Assembly (NCBI RefSeq): GCF_009914755.1
Contig: NC_060931.1
Direction: 5' to 3' (one strand)
DNA: 64,000 bases
From: the human T2T-CHM13v2.0 reference genome, Homo sapiens
The notes beneath the pieces were generated by a model that searched no databases, was not told where the DNA came from, and was given only the letters and a program-made list of their open reading frames with translations. This document shows, one piece after another, positions 1 through 13,719 of the stretch. The stretch's first letter is position 1; every line of letters begins with the position of its first letter. The translations under genes and the position numbers were made by a program.

Positions 1-639
1 TACTGTCTTCCCACTGCCTCTCCCTTCCCCACCCACTCCACCTATGAAAACAGGAAAGACTCTGTTATCAGTCACTTACACCTGATGATGGATTGATTAA
101 TTGCACTTTAACTGAAATCCAGTCACACAAGTATAACCTGTGCTTTCAACCATTCATTTGCATGTTAATCCTTTTATCTTCAAATATGGAATGAAAGACT
201 ATTTTCCATGCTCAAAGAAATTCCAGGCTTTAACTTAATTACTGTGAGATTTTAGATGGTGGTGGTAAAGGAGGAGAAAGAATAGGAAGAAGAGACCAGG
301 AATAAAGAAAACAAAAAAGGGGGGACTGGCTGTAAAGCAGGAGGAAATATGGAAGGGGTGAAGAGGCATATGGAAATTGCAAAGAGCAGGCCTAATAGAC
401 AAGATGTTTGTTAAATATTTATTGAATAAGCGCTCTTGGAATGCGCAGATGGATAGAAGCTAGATTTAGAAAAATAAATAATTTTTCTCCTCTAAACTAA
501 ACAGTAAGTTATTTGGAGATGGGAAATGTGACTTACTTCTTTATCCCATGACACCCAGGATATATCACCCTACTCAATAAATAAGGAGAGATAATAAATA
601 TACGCTGACTGAGGTGTAGCAAATATTGCCAAAATGTGT

Positions 640-785
640 TCCAGGCTTGGAGTCTATCAATAAAATAAATTTTTAAAAGCCCCAAACTTCAATCTTTTAC
701 TGCTAGACGCCTGGCTTTTCAGTCAACTAGCTGTATCACTTTAGCCCACTGGTTGACCTCTTTGTATCTTGTTTCTTCCTCTAAC
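640..785 (+). mobile_element. MIR SINE fragment (degraded)
   Basis: caggcttggagtc...actagctgtatcactttag...acctctttgtatcttgtttcttcctct resembles the MIR body and core. Confidence 0.5.
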
Positions 786-794
786 TAGCTGTAG

Positions 795-1037
795 ATTAGC
801 ATATTTGAACCTGTGCTCGATGGAACCCTGGGGGTTTCTGAAAGTGCCCCAGAAGCCATCATGAAGTAGAGAGGGCAAGGGAAAAGCCAAATGGTAAGAG
901 TGAAAAGCTTTCCAGCCCTGCCTCAACTTCACCCTTTCCTACAGCTGTCAGGGAAGCAGCCCCACTTTTACCTTTACCTGTTTTAGAGTTCTGAGTACAT
1001 TTTTATTTGACAAAGAGAAATGTTTGAAGACGACTGC
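795..1037. mobile_element. hAT-Charlie non-autonomous DNA transposon remnant (Charlie15/16/18-like)
   Basis: ggaaccctgggggtttc near the start; ends aaatgtttgaagacgactg, like the Charlie TIR (gtttgaaaaccactg). Confidence 0.45.
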
Positions 1038-1789
1038 ACTTGACCTCTAAACACAAAATTTCATTAACTCTTATTTATTATTTTTAAAGTATGTTTTCTA
1101 GCAGTAGTATGTCATTATAGCAGGTTTTTGTGATTAATAGCCTTAACATTAATTCGAAACAATACAATTTTAAAGCATTTGCCAGATACTTTCATGCTAT
1201 ACACCTTAGACTAAAAATAGATGCAGACATGATCTTAAAATTACTATTAGTATATTTTGAAGTGTTTTCAAAATAGTTGCAAAATCCTCAAACTGTATTC
1301 AAGATAGTCATTGAATTGACAGCTATTAAAATTAATTTCTGAAAACATCTCTCTTTTTCTAACCAGAAAGCTGAGTCATATTTCATGGGTTCGCGGAGGG
1401 AAGGCATTTTCCAATTAGTGAACTCTTCTGTTGTGTTGTAATTGAAAAATATAAAATATCATATTCATGAAGAAGAGAGAACAAATTCTCAATTTGGTGG
1501 TAACTAGTAAGTTATTTGGCTTATGAAAATATGGGAATTGAAGGTGAATGTATGGTCAACTTCTAGCTTGATGATAAACATATTCAAAATACTCCATATA
1601 TTTAGCCCAAAACAATGTCTAGTGATAAAAAATTGAGTTACGAGGAGATGAAGCAATTTACATCACATGAATTGTAAGAGACTTGAAATTCATTGACACC
1701 TCCATACCAGAAAGGAATAATTGAAAGGCAACCTCTGAGTAATTAATGTAGATATGCAATTATATGTGAGGTCATGTTTAATGCAGTTC

Positions 1790-2110
1790 ATCAGGTATTT
1801 CCAACACATGGAAAGATTTCACTTCCAGGCTTTTTTGTGGTTGGATGGTGTCATGTGACTAGTTCTGGCCAATATTTGATGTGAGTTGGTTCCAGGCTAG
1901 CAATTTAATTGCTAATGTGAGAACTTTCTGAGCTCTCTTTTAACCTGGCAGACCCTAAGAAACATCTAGATGGTGACTGCTTCTCCAACTCTGGTGACCA
2001 TAGACCCCAGATGACCGTAATGGCTGTGTGGTTGTGTAGTGTGAATGAGAAGCCATTGTGGTTTTAGCAACTGAGATTTGAGGGTTAACCACTGCAGTAT
2101 GATCTGATAG
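1790..2110 (+). mobile_element. MaLR LTR, MLT1I/J-like
   Basis: Diagnostic catgtgactagttctggccaat, agcaatttaattgc, and 3' end agcaactgagatttgaggg...actgcagtat. Confidence 0.7.
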
Positions 2111-2534
2111 GATGTGTGAAAGAGAAATCTGTTTCAACAAGCTAGTAAGTAGCATTCTTCTTCTAAGCAAATTGGGAAATTTACAAGAGACGAAACCACA
2201 GGCAGGGGTTTGGGGGATAACTGTAGCACACCCCTTCTGAAAAGTCAAAAACAAACAAAAAAAACCCAAACTGCATTTATTCCTCAGGCTCTCATGGAAT
2301 ACTTAAATACTCTCTGGGAGACTATTTTAATTGGAAGCAATGTGACTTTTCCCATCTTAAGGTTTTTAAATGGCATGTGTCATATTTATCTGAAAACAAG
2401 ACTGATTGAGGTAAAAAATAATAATTCTTGTAATGTTTTTCATTTGAAGAGAACTCTGAATTTTTTCCACAAAGCTTCATTTTTCCAACTTTGCTTTTAC
2501 TTTGAGATAAATGCTAAAGAAAGAAAATTACTCA

Positions 2535-2571
2535 GAGCATCTCTCACAATCCCTGAGCATCTCTCACAATC
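2535..2571. repeat. Tandem duplication, 17-bp unit, period 20
   Basis: GAGCATCTCTCACAATC at 2535-2551 and 2555-2571. Confidence 0.9.
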
Positions 2572-4174
2572 ACATACACTGATGATATATCACACATTTC
2601 TTTCTCCAGGCAACTTTGGTGACTCTCAATATGCTTAAAGGAAAGAGCTGGGCTTATGGCTGATGGAAGTGGTCAGGTCCCTTTGGAGAGTGGCAGAGGA
2701 GAGTTCTTTCCCTGAATGAGTCACAAGGTCCACATGGCTGCTTAGCTCACAGTTCCTGCTAGCCAGAGTAATAGAGTGTGTTCCCCTCATTCTTTGGTTT
2801 TACAGCAATATTATTATTAATTCCTTTCCTATGAACTGAGGTTTGGATGTGTTCCTCCCTGATTTTTAAAAGCATATTAATAGTGAATCAGGATGAGCCC
2901 CCAAATAAGAAAAAAAAAACATACGCAAAACACCTCTGTGTGATTCCACTCATACTAGGCCAATCAATTTCTTACAATTTATACTTATTTTATGTCATTT
3001 AGTCTTACTGAAAAAAATGGCTGAAATATTATTTCTATTAACCAATTAGTCACTAAAACCAATGACTACTTAATTAGTTTCAGTAATTATTTAATGTGTC
3101 TCTTTAAAATATCATACTTGAAACCAGTGTCCAAATATAGCTTTATTTTTCAAGCTGATGTATATTTTCTACATTTAACCTTGAAACTGTATAACTTTAC
3201 TTATGGACAGTCGAGCCTCATAAGGCTTCGAAAAATGTAGGTTGATGATGAACACAACGACCTGCTATAGACTATTAATAGGAATTGCTGGCATATTTTT
3301 ATCATTTTGTAAATTGGGAAGGCAGACATCTTTGCTTTGCGAGTGATAGCAATACCCTGACATCACTTGGGCTTCCATCAAAGAACTTCCTTAAAAAGTG
3401 ACTCTTGTTTCCTGGTAGCTGTGTCAATAAATCAGCCAAGGATGCCTTTACCATCATCATCCTGACCATGTTTCTAACATTAGAACAGATGATCTGCTCT
3501 AGCTTAAAGAATACAAAGAGAAATTGCTACCTTCACATTTTTGGTCATCTACTAAGACAACACATGCAAATAACATTAGCAAAAATTTCCCTTTTGTGAG
3601 TTCCCCCTTGAAACCACACAGTTTGATGAGGGTTTGCTAAATCAATGATTTCATAACTGGAGTCAGTCTTAAACGAAGGAGCAATGCGAGGCATGAACAA
3701 CAAAAATTATAGGAATCCTTTTTCAATGTGATGAGCCCTTTTGCATGCTGCTTCGCAATCATCAGCATTGTCAACAACGTTTATGGGTACTGCTGGGCTG
3801 CACAGAGTATGTGAGGATGTGATCATGACTTTGGGTTCATTTATGAGGCAAGATAAAAAATTGTGTTGCAAAGAGTTGTAGCAGTCAGAGAGCTGTAAAA
3901 ATACTACGCAAGATAATAATTTAAAAAGAATGCTCTTATTTTGTGTATAAGCATAGATCTGTTTGGTTGTATGTATAAAGGACATGGAATGACAAGTGAG
4001 AAGTAGTCAGGGAAATGTTACGCTAGTGGATGGATTTTCTTTGTCTTTATTTTACTTCTGAGGATGTCCAAAGTTATGTTAGGCAGTATATATACACAAG
4101 CACATATACTTGGAAAAAAATCTGGCTGGATTTAAACTGCTAATTATTTATTAATAAGCTCATCATCAAGCATC

Positions 4175-4400
4175 TGTTAACATTTATGACAATTTTGTTA
4201 AGCTCCTTTTATTAAGCGCTTTGCACGTATCAGACCCTGTGCTATGTGCTCATATTTTGAGTTGGTTACTGTTATGCTCCTTTGGTAAGAGAAGAAACAG
4301 TGCAGAAAGGTTAATTAAATGTTGGAAAATTCTGAAGCTGAGATTAGAAACTGCATCTATCTGAATTTAAACGGTTGCTTTGAAACTAGGCGCTTTGATG
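4175..4400 (-). mobile_element. MIR fragment
   Basis: ttattaagcgctttgcacgtatcagaccctgtgct...gaagaaacagtgcagaaaggttaa resembles antisense MIR. Confidence 0.55.
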
Positions 4401-7400
4401 AATTAACTGTTTGTCTGTTTATTTTCCTTAAATATGCTGTTTAAATGTGGTTGGAGAGTTGAATAGGTGAATAGTGGAAAATAAGAACCTAAGAAATCAG
4501 GGAGTGACATTCTGCAGACAGAAAAAATATTGTTGGAGAAAAGAGAGAATGGAAACAACCTCAAGTGAAACAAATGAAGTTTTCTTTTCCTTTACCCCCA
4601 TCGTCACATCCCAGAAGGAGCCTGGATTTATTGACCCAGAGCCACAAGTTAAAAAGTCAAGTACAGAGTGGAGCCTGAGTTAACCCCATTTGTTCTCTGA
4701 AGGTGGTCACCTTGCTGTAGCAAGTTGCAATGCCAGCACCTAGAGAACTGGCTGGAGGTGGCAGAAAGGAACATGGATGTCCACCAACTAAGAGTATGGG
4801 GTCATCATATTAAACAGAATTCCACAATGACATACAAACTGTGAAGCCTAAAACAAGGCTACGTATGCCTCCTTATCTTGCTTGAAAGAAAGAGAATGCC
4901 TTTTCCAGACCAAGGTTGCCCTAGACTTCTCTATGTCTATGGATTTTATATATCTATTCCACATATATTTCATTTGATATATATTTGAATTTTCTAATTA
5001 AACTGTTTAATACAATCTTATGTTGAGTTCAGTCACGTAATGTAAACATTCTGTGAATGCCTAGAGAGGAAAATATACCATGTGGCAACATCCCATGGAA
5101 TTACCTGGGGAAACTCATGACTTGGCGTCATGGACAATGTTGTTGCTCATGTGTGTAAGCTCTGTTGGGCAGGTGCCTGTAAATTGGGAAGCGTGAAAGA
5201 GATTCTGTCTCATTCCTAGCCATCTGCTTAAGTGAACTTTTCTTAACCGACTCTGAGCATCCAAACAGAATCTGTTTTAGATGTATTCAGCAGGATCACA
5301 GAGACAGTAGTTTTAGGCATTTTTTTCTCAGCAACACACATGCCTTCAGGATTATCACCTAGGATCCTCTTCCCTGTCTGTGCATCCCTAAGGCATAATA
5401 ATTCTGTGCAACTTGGTGCAAAACTTAATCTTCTGGACAAGCACAACTTAACTGCCCCTCAGGGAATGGGACACAAAAGAGTAAGAGCTTTCAGCTAGAG
5501 GGCTGGATACTCTCACTAAGGTCCATGTGTGAGCAGGACTCACAGCTTCCACTGTGAGCAGTGGCTCCATCATAGTGGATCAGACAGCCACCTCTGCCTT
5601 CTTGGAAGGAAAGTGGGGGCTCTGGTTAGGCCTTAACGTCTCAAAGAAGAGCAGAGTGGGCTGTGAATAAATGTCTTTCCCCAGGGAAAACCTTCCTCCT
5701 TTAGTTGTTGGAGTCCAAGGGGAATTTTTTTCTTTCTTTACGATTTCCAGCCTCCCTACATGGTCTCATCACTGCCAAGTTGCACACAAACATGCCTTTA
5801 AGCCAGAGGTATTCCAGGGCCCTCTGGCTGCATCTTGATTTCTTCTCCTGGTTAGGGTTCCATGCTGGGCCTCGTCCTCACACAGCATTGCACGTGGGCA
5901 AATTGCCTAATAAATCATAGTGATCTATAAATGGGGCTTTTCTTCTTATATCTTCTACCTGGTGCAAAATGCATTGAGGACCAATTTTCTATGAGTAATT
6001 GTATGATTTTATACATTTGCAGGAACCCAGGTCTTTAATAAATCAGACTTTTGGAGTCCTTGGAGTATTTTTCTTTTTACCACAGATCTGAATATTTTCT
6101 ATGGTTTGTGGTCATTTGTTTTTTTAATATTCTGGCCGGTATTCAGTTTGCTTGGTGGTGTTGGCTGCAGACTTGTAATTTCTGCTAGAGTTGAATTTTC
6201 CACTCAGAGAAATTTTATAGCTCTCTGGTGTTCACAGAGATCAGAACAGACATTTTTGCCAATTTGACCAACTTCATTGACAGACTCAGAATCCTAAGTG
6301 TGGGCCAGATAATGGACGTGATTCATATGTTACAAGCACCCCTGTTGATTAGCCCAGGATCTGATGCTGGCCTTGTGTGAATAACATTCTCCAGCCTCCC
6401 CTCAGGGTGTCTGGGAGTATGCAAGGCCATATCCCACATGGCAACGCAAATGTTATCCCTCATCTCCAGGGCTTATTCTCGGGGTCAATAAAATTCTTTG
6501 GGAGAGATGCAATGTCCACACCATCATAAATATCTTTCTTCTTGACTATATATGAGGTGAAAGAATGCTTAGTGTTCAGAACTGATGCTGCATTATTGCT
6601 CATCAAACCAATAGACTGGGTTTTCGGAAGAAAAATAGTATTAGGCAGTGTGTCACATGAGAAGGCTAAAATGATTTTAGAGAGGCTCCTTCACTCTGTT
6701 TCAAAAAAAATGATCTCAGGAGAATGACAGATATCCCAGATGTCATTTAAGGACAGCTGACATAAGACAATACATGCCTAAAGTCACCTATCAAGGCAAT
6801 GAAAACTCAGCACTCAAATCATTGTATATAATCTAGCTTGAGCTAAATTTAATGCTAATTATTATGCATGAGCAGGTATTCTGAGTGAAGTTCAATTCCA
6901 CATAGGAAATAAAACCTTCAGAGAAGTTGGGGGAGGGGAATTAGGAACAGTTGAGCATCTGCTATGTGGCCTATGCCTTGCCTCTATGAAAGGTAAGTAA
7001 ATACAGAAGGACTCATAAATCCCATTTTACAGATTAACCACTCAAAACAGGAAAAAGAAGTAGCATACCCGGGTTTCTCTGACTATTACACAGTGTGTCC
7101 TTCCCACTCCACAGCTGCCTCCTTAAACTGATATAAAGCTATGAGTTGACATTTTGAGACTTCAACAACATTTGGCCAACTCCATCTGATACCACTGCCA
7201 TTTCCAACTTTCCTGCCCTTTCTTTAACTTTAGAGGGCTTTCCTTCTTAAATATACTTTCTTACAAGTGTTCACACAAGTCCTACACTCCAACCTTGGGC
7301 TAAAGACCAAGGAATATACTGATGAAACATAAGGTAATTCCTGTCTTCTAGAAGCTTGTAATCTAAGTGGAAAGACCATGAGGCAACCACATCCAATAAA

Positions 7401-7596
7401 CAGTTTGATAAAAAAGTAATATTTGTCACTACCTTCATTCATTTATTCATTCCTTCAGTCACAGTCAATGAAAGCTAATTTTTCTAAAGTATAATTTTTT
7501 AATACACACTTCACAAACATTTACAGTAGCTTATCATGTTAAAAATACACGTAATACAAAATATTTAAAATGAGACTGAAAGATCAGAAGCAGTTC

Positions 7597-7650
7597 AGAC
7601 AGAAAAGAGAATAGTCAACCAGGAGACAGAAAAGAGAACAATCAACCAAG
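7597..7650. repeat. Tandem duplication, 27-bp unit x2
   Basis: AGACAGAAAAGAGAATAGTCAACCAGG / AGACAGAAAAGAGAACAATCAACCAAG. Confidence 0.9.
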
Positions 7651-8039
7651 AGCCTCCATGTGCAGCAAGAACCTCTTCACAACTGAAGCAAAATGTAAAA
7701 TCCAAATGAGCTTTGCTGTTCTCCTTCAGTCCACCTAAGGAATGAGCTCTGATACAAAATGTAAACAAAATTAATTCAAATAGATCCATATACAAGTTGA
7801 TATGATCAAACACATCAGAACCTCAGGAAATGGCCCAGGAATTGAATGTGATCAACAGAGATTATTTGAGGAAGTAATGCAGAGAACATCATTAGGGTGA
7901 AGTCTTGGGTGGCAATGCAGATGATTTTAAGAAATAAGAGGATCCAGCATTAAATACAGTAAATCACAGAGTGAGAACGTCACCTTCTTCCAATGTTCTT
8001 TCAATTAGACTGTCTCAGTTTGGCCTGCTAACTCACTAC

Positions 8040-8270
8040 CTCCAATACTTGGTAGCCTTCCATCTTAATAAAGAAAATGGCAACCTCTGGCTAATTGCTT
8101 TTAGTAGGTAAGATTATCCAGTAATAATTTTTAACATTATTTTGTTTTTGTTTTATTTATCTTCATGACTTCCTTATACTTATAACAAGTGATGGCAGTT
8201 TTCAATTTATGGTCAAAACATAAAATTTCCCTTTAATGAATTTATGGTTTTTTAGAAAGTGAATTTATGT
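8040..8270. mobile_element. hAT-Charlie remnant (MER113-like)
   Basis: caagtgatggcagttttcaatttatggtc...taaaatttcccttt resembles the MER113 body. Confidence 0.4.
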
Positions 8271-8294
8271 TTTTTTTTTTTAGAATGTGTGTCT

Positions 8295-8990
8295 TTTCAC
8301 CTATCTTATTGGGAGAAGCTTAGACGTCTGTGTTGAGGAGGGTGTAGATTTATGAGATCCCTGTACATGGCTGCTGGCAGAATCAATTGGTATGAGCACT
8401 TGGGAAAACAATTTGGCATTATCCCCTTAACTTGAACATTTGCCTGCCCTAATAACCTGCCAGTTCCACCTGTTTGTCTCAATCCAAGATAGGTTTTTGT
8501 GCTTAAACGGTGGGAGACCTGCAGAGAACCTTCCCAGCAGCCCTTTCAACAGACCAAAAACATGGAAACCACCCAATGCCCAATGGCAACAGAAGAGTGA
8601 AATGACAAACAATTAATAAATTATGGAAACTTCATATCATAGAGTATTATACCATGGTCAAAATGAGTGAACCTTTGCCATGCAGAACCCTATGGATACA
8701 TCTAAGTAATATAAAGTGAAAAAAGCAAGACCAAAAAGATTACATGTGGTCAGATTCTTTTTCTAAGAATAAAAACAACTAAAATTAAAAGTGAAAATGA
8801 ATAAAATGAGACATATTGATAAAAAAAAGACTATAGAAAAGGAAGCAACAGAATGATGAACACAAGACTCAAGGTGATTTTGAGGCAGCAGAAGGTAAGG
8901 GCAAAGTTGTTGAGAGTTGTCATATGGTTGGATTTAGGCTATTATATGGTTGGCTTTTGTTTTTCAAGGTGGTTCACAGATACTCATTAT
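8295..8990 (+). mobile_element. Old L1 (L1ME-class), ORF2 end and 3' UTR
   Basis: gctgctggcagaatcaattggtatgagcacttgggaaaacaatttggcattatc...tggaaaccacccaatgccca resembles the L1M 3' end. Confidence 0.7.
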
Positions 8991-9305
8991 ATTATTCAAA
9001 GTAATTCAGCCACTAACAAAATAAGGAAAACTAAGCCTTGAGTGTGCCAATAATGAGAGTCTATCATGAACCAACAATTATGATTTACTCAATTCTGTAC
9101 ATTTGAGGTCCAATAAGAAAAACTAGAGAGGTAATTTTTTAAAAAGATAGTAGGCAAAATAATGGCACATGTGGGAAGGAGTATGCAACTGACTAAAATT
9201 TTAAAAATACTGCAATAGGGAAAGGTCTTTCCCAGGAAGAGTGGTTTAGATAGTCCCAATAGACTGGAGCTTGGGAGTCAGGTCTAGGGAAATTGGGAAA
9301 GCACT

Positions 9306-9668
9306 TGTATTAGTTGGTTCTCATGCTGCTAATAAAGACATACCTGGAACCGGGTAACTTATAAAGGAAAGAAGTTTAATTGACTCACAGTTCCACATGG
9401 CTGGGTAGTCCTCACAATCATGGTGGAAAGCGAAGGGGAAGCAAGACACTTCTTACATGGCAACAGCCAAGAGAGGGAGAGAGCTTGTGCAGGGGAACTC
9501 CCATTTATAAAACCATCAGATCTCATAAGGCTTATTCACTACCATGAGAACAGTATGGGGGAAACTGCCCCCATGATTCAATTTTCTCCACCTGGCCTCA
9601 CCCTTGATACCTGGAGATTATTACAATTCAAGGTGAGATTTGGGTAGGGACATAGCCAAACCATATTG
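9306..9668 (-). mobile_element. THE1B solo LTR (ERVL-MaLR)
   Basis: Full-length match from tgtattagt...gctgctaataaagacatacc to gagatttgggtagggacatagccaaaccata. Includes the THE1B-type gagaacagtatgggggaaac...tctccacctggcc. Confidence 0.92.
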
Positions 9669-10470
9669 GCATCCCAGTTGAAAATGAAGTTAGCCACTGG
9701 GACCAAATAAGCAAAGAACTAGGGGCAGTATGAGAACTGTGTGGGGACAAATGGAAAAATAGGATGCATAACTGAGAATTAGGAAAGAAAGCTCAGACTG
9801 TCAAGGGCTCAGTAATGTGGTTGGGGGAGGTATCAACTCTGATGTTTTTTTACATTTGGGGCCTTGACTTTCTGTTCCTTGGAGTGTCCAGAGCTGAGTC
9901 CATCTGTAGTACTTACTGGTAACCTACCTGCTTTCAGAAAGAATTTCTGGTGTTTCACAGAAAGACTTAAAATATAGCAAGGTAACCTAGGTGAGGAGCA
10001 GGTGAAGGATAAATGAATAAAAACAAGGAGAAAAAGCCAACCTGGAGTCTGCAATACTCCTAATACAAAAAAATAACATGCCAGAAGGTTGGCCAATACA
10101 CTTGCTATGTAACAGATGTGGAGGGACAGCAAACACTCCCTTTAGCTGCTCTTTTGGAAGATTCACAGGCACGTTCTTCAATTATTGTTATCACAGGGCT
10201 CCTCCATTGAAGGCGGGGGTACAATAATGTTTCTCTGAGCAAGCCTGCCTTGGGAGAGCTAAGCAGGTGCACTGGTTTTGTAACCTAACTTATCAATGAA
10301 TGAAGAACCTACAAAAATGATTGGGGAGTACAAGCCTTAAATAATTTCTACTAAATAATAATAGTGTCAGCGATATTTTTTGTAAGGGGAATTTAGAAGT
10401 TAAGTTCCAGAATGTGCCTGAAGTGGGTGTTAATCTCTAAACAGAGAGATCCATGAGTTTCAGATTCTTA

Positions 10471-10618
10471 GGGTTTTGTTTGTTTGTTTAGGGTTTTTTG
10501 GAGACAGAGGTCTCACTAGGCTGTCCAACCTGGCCTTGAATTTCGAGGCTCAAGAAATCCACCTGCCTCAGCCTTTTGAGTAGCTGGGACTGTGGGTGCA
10601 AGCCACTCTGCCCAGCTT
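10471..10618 (-). mobile_element. FLAM (free left Alu monomer)
   Basis: Alu-monomer sequence with T-rich tail. TSD GTTTCAGA(T/C)TCTTA at 10457-10470 and 10619-10632. Confidence 0.88.
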
Positions 10619-11960
10619 GTTTCAGACTCTTAATCAGCAAGTGGCTTAGTTGGTTTTTGGATACTAGCATGCAAAAGCATGACCTGCATTCCAGTCCAGA
10701 CTGGATGCTGTCCATTCTCCACACCAGGAGAAATGTCGAATACACAGAATTTAAATGGGTATTTGGAGATGGCACCTCAGTGAATAAAATATTCTCTGTA
10801 GGAAGTGGAGCTGAATGGATGATTTGGAGTCTCGAATGAGCCTGGGGCTGATGGGAGCCAAAGCTGGCAAAAAAAAATTTTTTTTAAGTCCACAGGAATG
10901 TTTATCTCCAGGAGAGAAATTGGTGCTTTTTCCCACGTGGAAAGGAAAAATAGAATAATTCTTTAAGCTGTAGAATAGCAAGAAAACATTGGCACCTGGA
11001 GAAGATTTGCAGAGCGGTTGCTGGGTGCTGTATGGGACTGGACATTGGAGGTGTGAAGCCAGCTGAGGAGCTCTGGCAGTAGCTCAGGCCCCAAGGTTGT
11101 GAGCTCACCTCTCAGGTGATCCTATTTTCACAGCGACTTCCTCCCAGATGCTCCTAGCTCTCTCTGAGTCTTCTATGTTTTGCTACACACAGTTTCAGCT
11201 GAATTTATTCTCCAATGTAATTCTTTTTAGTTGTCTAGGGAAATAATTATTGTTTAAAATCAACCCTTTCAATAAGAACCAGTCCAGAAACCAAAAAGTA
11301 CATAAGATGTGGCAGAAATGAATAAGAAACCGGTATTAGGGGGATTACTTCCAAAATTCCATCCTTTTTCCATTTACAATACACTTGAGCAAAATCATAC
11401 TTGAGATTTCTGAATGAAACACTGCAAGGATGTCACACAGTTCCTCTTGAAATGACAATAAGGTTGAGATACCAATAAATGAGACATTCCTTAATATCCT
11501 GTAGCTGAGGAATGGCTGCAATAGGAATCCCTGCAAAACACAGCGTATCCTTTCCAACATCCAAAACCATGGGCTCCGCTAGGCTTTGACACCTTATATC
11601 CTCTCTGGGTTCTGTTGGGCATTTATTACAACACATGCCATGTGATGACCCCTCCTTTCCTTTTTTTTAGATTATAGCAAAATCTCAAAACAAATCCTTC
11701 TGGCAAAAGGGAAGGAAGCCAAACAAGCTACAGTTTATTTGAGCTGGCTGGCTGGGAGGCTGCCGTGTATGTCTACTAGTGCACATACGTCCTGTGGAGA
11801 CCTAAGGAGAGGGAGAAACAAGTGGTTAATGAGACAAAACACTGAGCCCAGTGCTATTGAAATGTTTGGTCCGTTCCTAATTTTTTGTGCTTAGTGGTGT
11901 GACTTCTGAAATAAAACAAAACAAAAAGTATCGGTGTTACCACAGGTTGAACTTTCATAC

Positions 11961-12015
11961 TGAGTAAAAATAAAATCCTAAGCCCCCCAGCTGATTGAAT
12001 AAACCCTTCTTGGTC
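11961..12015 (+). mobile_element. 5' stub of an ERV1 LTR (MER72/MER84-like)
   Basis: tgagtaaaaataaaatcctaagccccccagctgattgaataaacccttcttgg resembles the start of these LTRs. Confidence 0.5.
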
Positions 12016-12585
12016 TTATAGGAATAACAATGAGATTGAAATAACACGACCAACCTCATTGGAGGGCCACTCTGATCCAGGTATTATTAAGAAGGAGAAA
12101 ATTCCCATTACTGTACAACGGGAAGTCTATATAAAGAGAACCTAAAACTTTTAGGAAGAGGCTCTGAGGAAGCAGAGTGCTTGGAACCTGGCTAGTAACA
12201 TGGGGAATTAACACCCACATTAGATAGCGGCTTCAAAAGTAATGGCACTGGCTATCTTTCTTTGGAGTTTTTCAGTATTTAGATTGTTTTCAATTTTCAA
12301 ATGGGCTTAATACGATTTGACCCCTAATAAATAAATGGGCAGCTATGGTCTGGTTATTTATACTGGGGAGGGGAGCCAGAGGAAAAGGAAAGAAGAACTG
12401 GTTTCTCAAGTAGTTGTATCCAAAAGACACAGACAATGTCTCCTTTGCGCAGAAGTTAAAGAAAAGCTGTTGGGAAGGCCTTTATCCCAAAGATGCTCGA
12501 ACTGGCAGTGGGAGCTGGGAGGAGATGCCAAGACTGGAATTAAAGTACATCAGCAGCCACATCTTCAGAGTAAAATTTGAAAAGT

Positions 12586-12675
12586 ATTTTTATTTTATTT
12601 ATTTATTTATTATTTTAGAGACAGGGTCTTGCTCTCTCACCCAGGCTGGAGTGCAGTGGTGTGATCACTGTAACC
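12586..12675 (-). mobile_element. AluJ 3' fragment
   Basis: T-rich tail followed by agagacagggtcttgctctctcacccaggctggagtgcagtggtgtgatc, then the match ends. Confidence 0.88.
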
Positions 12676-13252
12676 GCAGGACTCTTAGAATGTAAGGTAT
12701 TCCAAGGAGGACAGTGATGAATTGCTGCCATTCAGCATGAACATAAAACTCAACGTATTCAATACTGAACACTAGAGTAATAAATCTGGGAATCTCAAAG
12801 ATGGCTTATATCTCTAAATGCCAGTCAGAGAAGTGTCTTAAGACTCAATAATGTAGTCCAGAAACTGCAAGAGGATCATGTACTTCAACTCTTCCACCAT
12901 GAAATATACCTTTTATTAATCCTAAATGCCAACTGCTCCTCACCTAGCTGGCATTTCCTGAACTCAATAGGGAAATATTACTTGATCTTTTAAAATTAAG
13001 GGACTGTGGTATGGAGGAATTCAAGACAACCCCAGGTTTTGAAGATAATTATAAAAATACTTTATATTTGTGTAACATTTGATATACAAACATGTACCTA
13101 AGTGCACATGTATTAGCTATGCCTATGAGCTTTACAACAGTCCTATGAAGTGGGTGTCACAGGCATTCCCATTTTACTGTTAATGTCCTCCGTTTTCTTT
13201 ATCTTCATCTTCTGTGAGTTTGCACAAATGTGTCTACCAGTATTAACTACTC

Positions 13253-13447
13253 CAGTCGTTCCCCAAGTGTGGTCTCTGGACCAGCAAGATCAACATCACT
13301 TGGGTACTTGCTAGAAATGCCCATTCTCAAGCATCCCCACCCTCCCCAGACCCACTGAATCAGAAACTCAGGGATTGGGCCCAGGGATCTGTGTTTTAAC
13401 AAGCCCTCCAGGTGACTCTGATGCATGCTTGAGTTTAACAGCCACTA
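13253..13447 (+). mobile_element. MER5A (hAT-Charlie)
   Basis: Full-length match: aagtgtggtctctggaccagc...ctgaatcagaaactc...tgtgttttaacaagccctccaggtga. Confidence 0.9.
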
Positions 13448-13719
13448 CACTATGCTCAGCCTTACTCCAATTCCTGAGAAAATCCTGACTGCTGCAGGAT
13501 ACACATCAGACAGCTCAGGACTCCACTTGTTGGGACTTAGACTATTAGTCTCTCCACCTCCAGAATCTGGGTGCCCCAGAGCCAACTTTTAAGCTGGCCC
13601 ACTTATTACTCATCTCCTCTCTGAGTTTCTAGACTCAGCTGAAACTTGAACTGGGTCCTGGGAAAGCCAAAATGCACCTGAGAAAATGATTTTGCAGGAG
13701 AACGTTCATTCACGAAGGC

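Noticed and set aside
11645-11672. Strong-looking splice acceptor (pyrimidine tract plus AG)
   Set aside because: No convincing donor or reading frame downstream.
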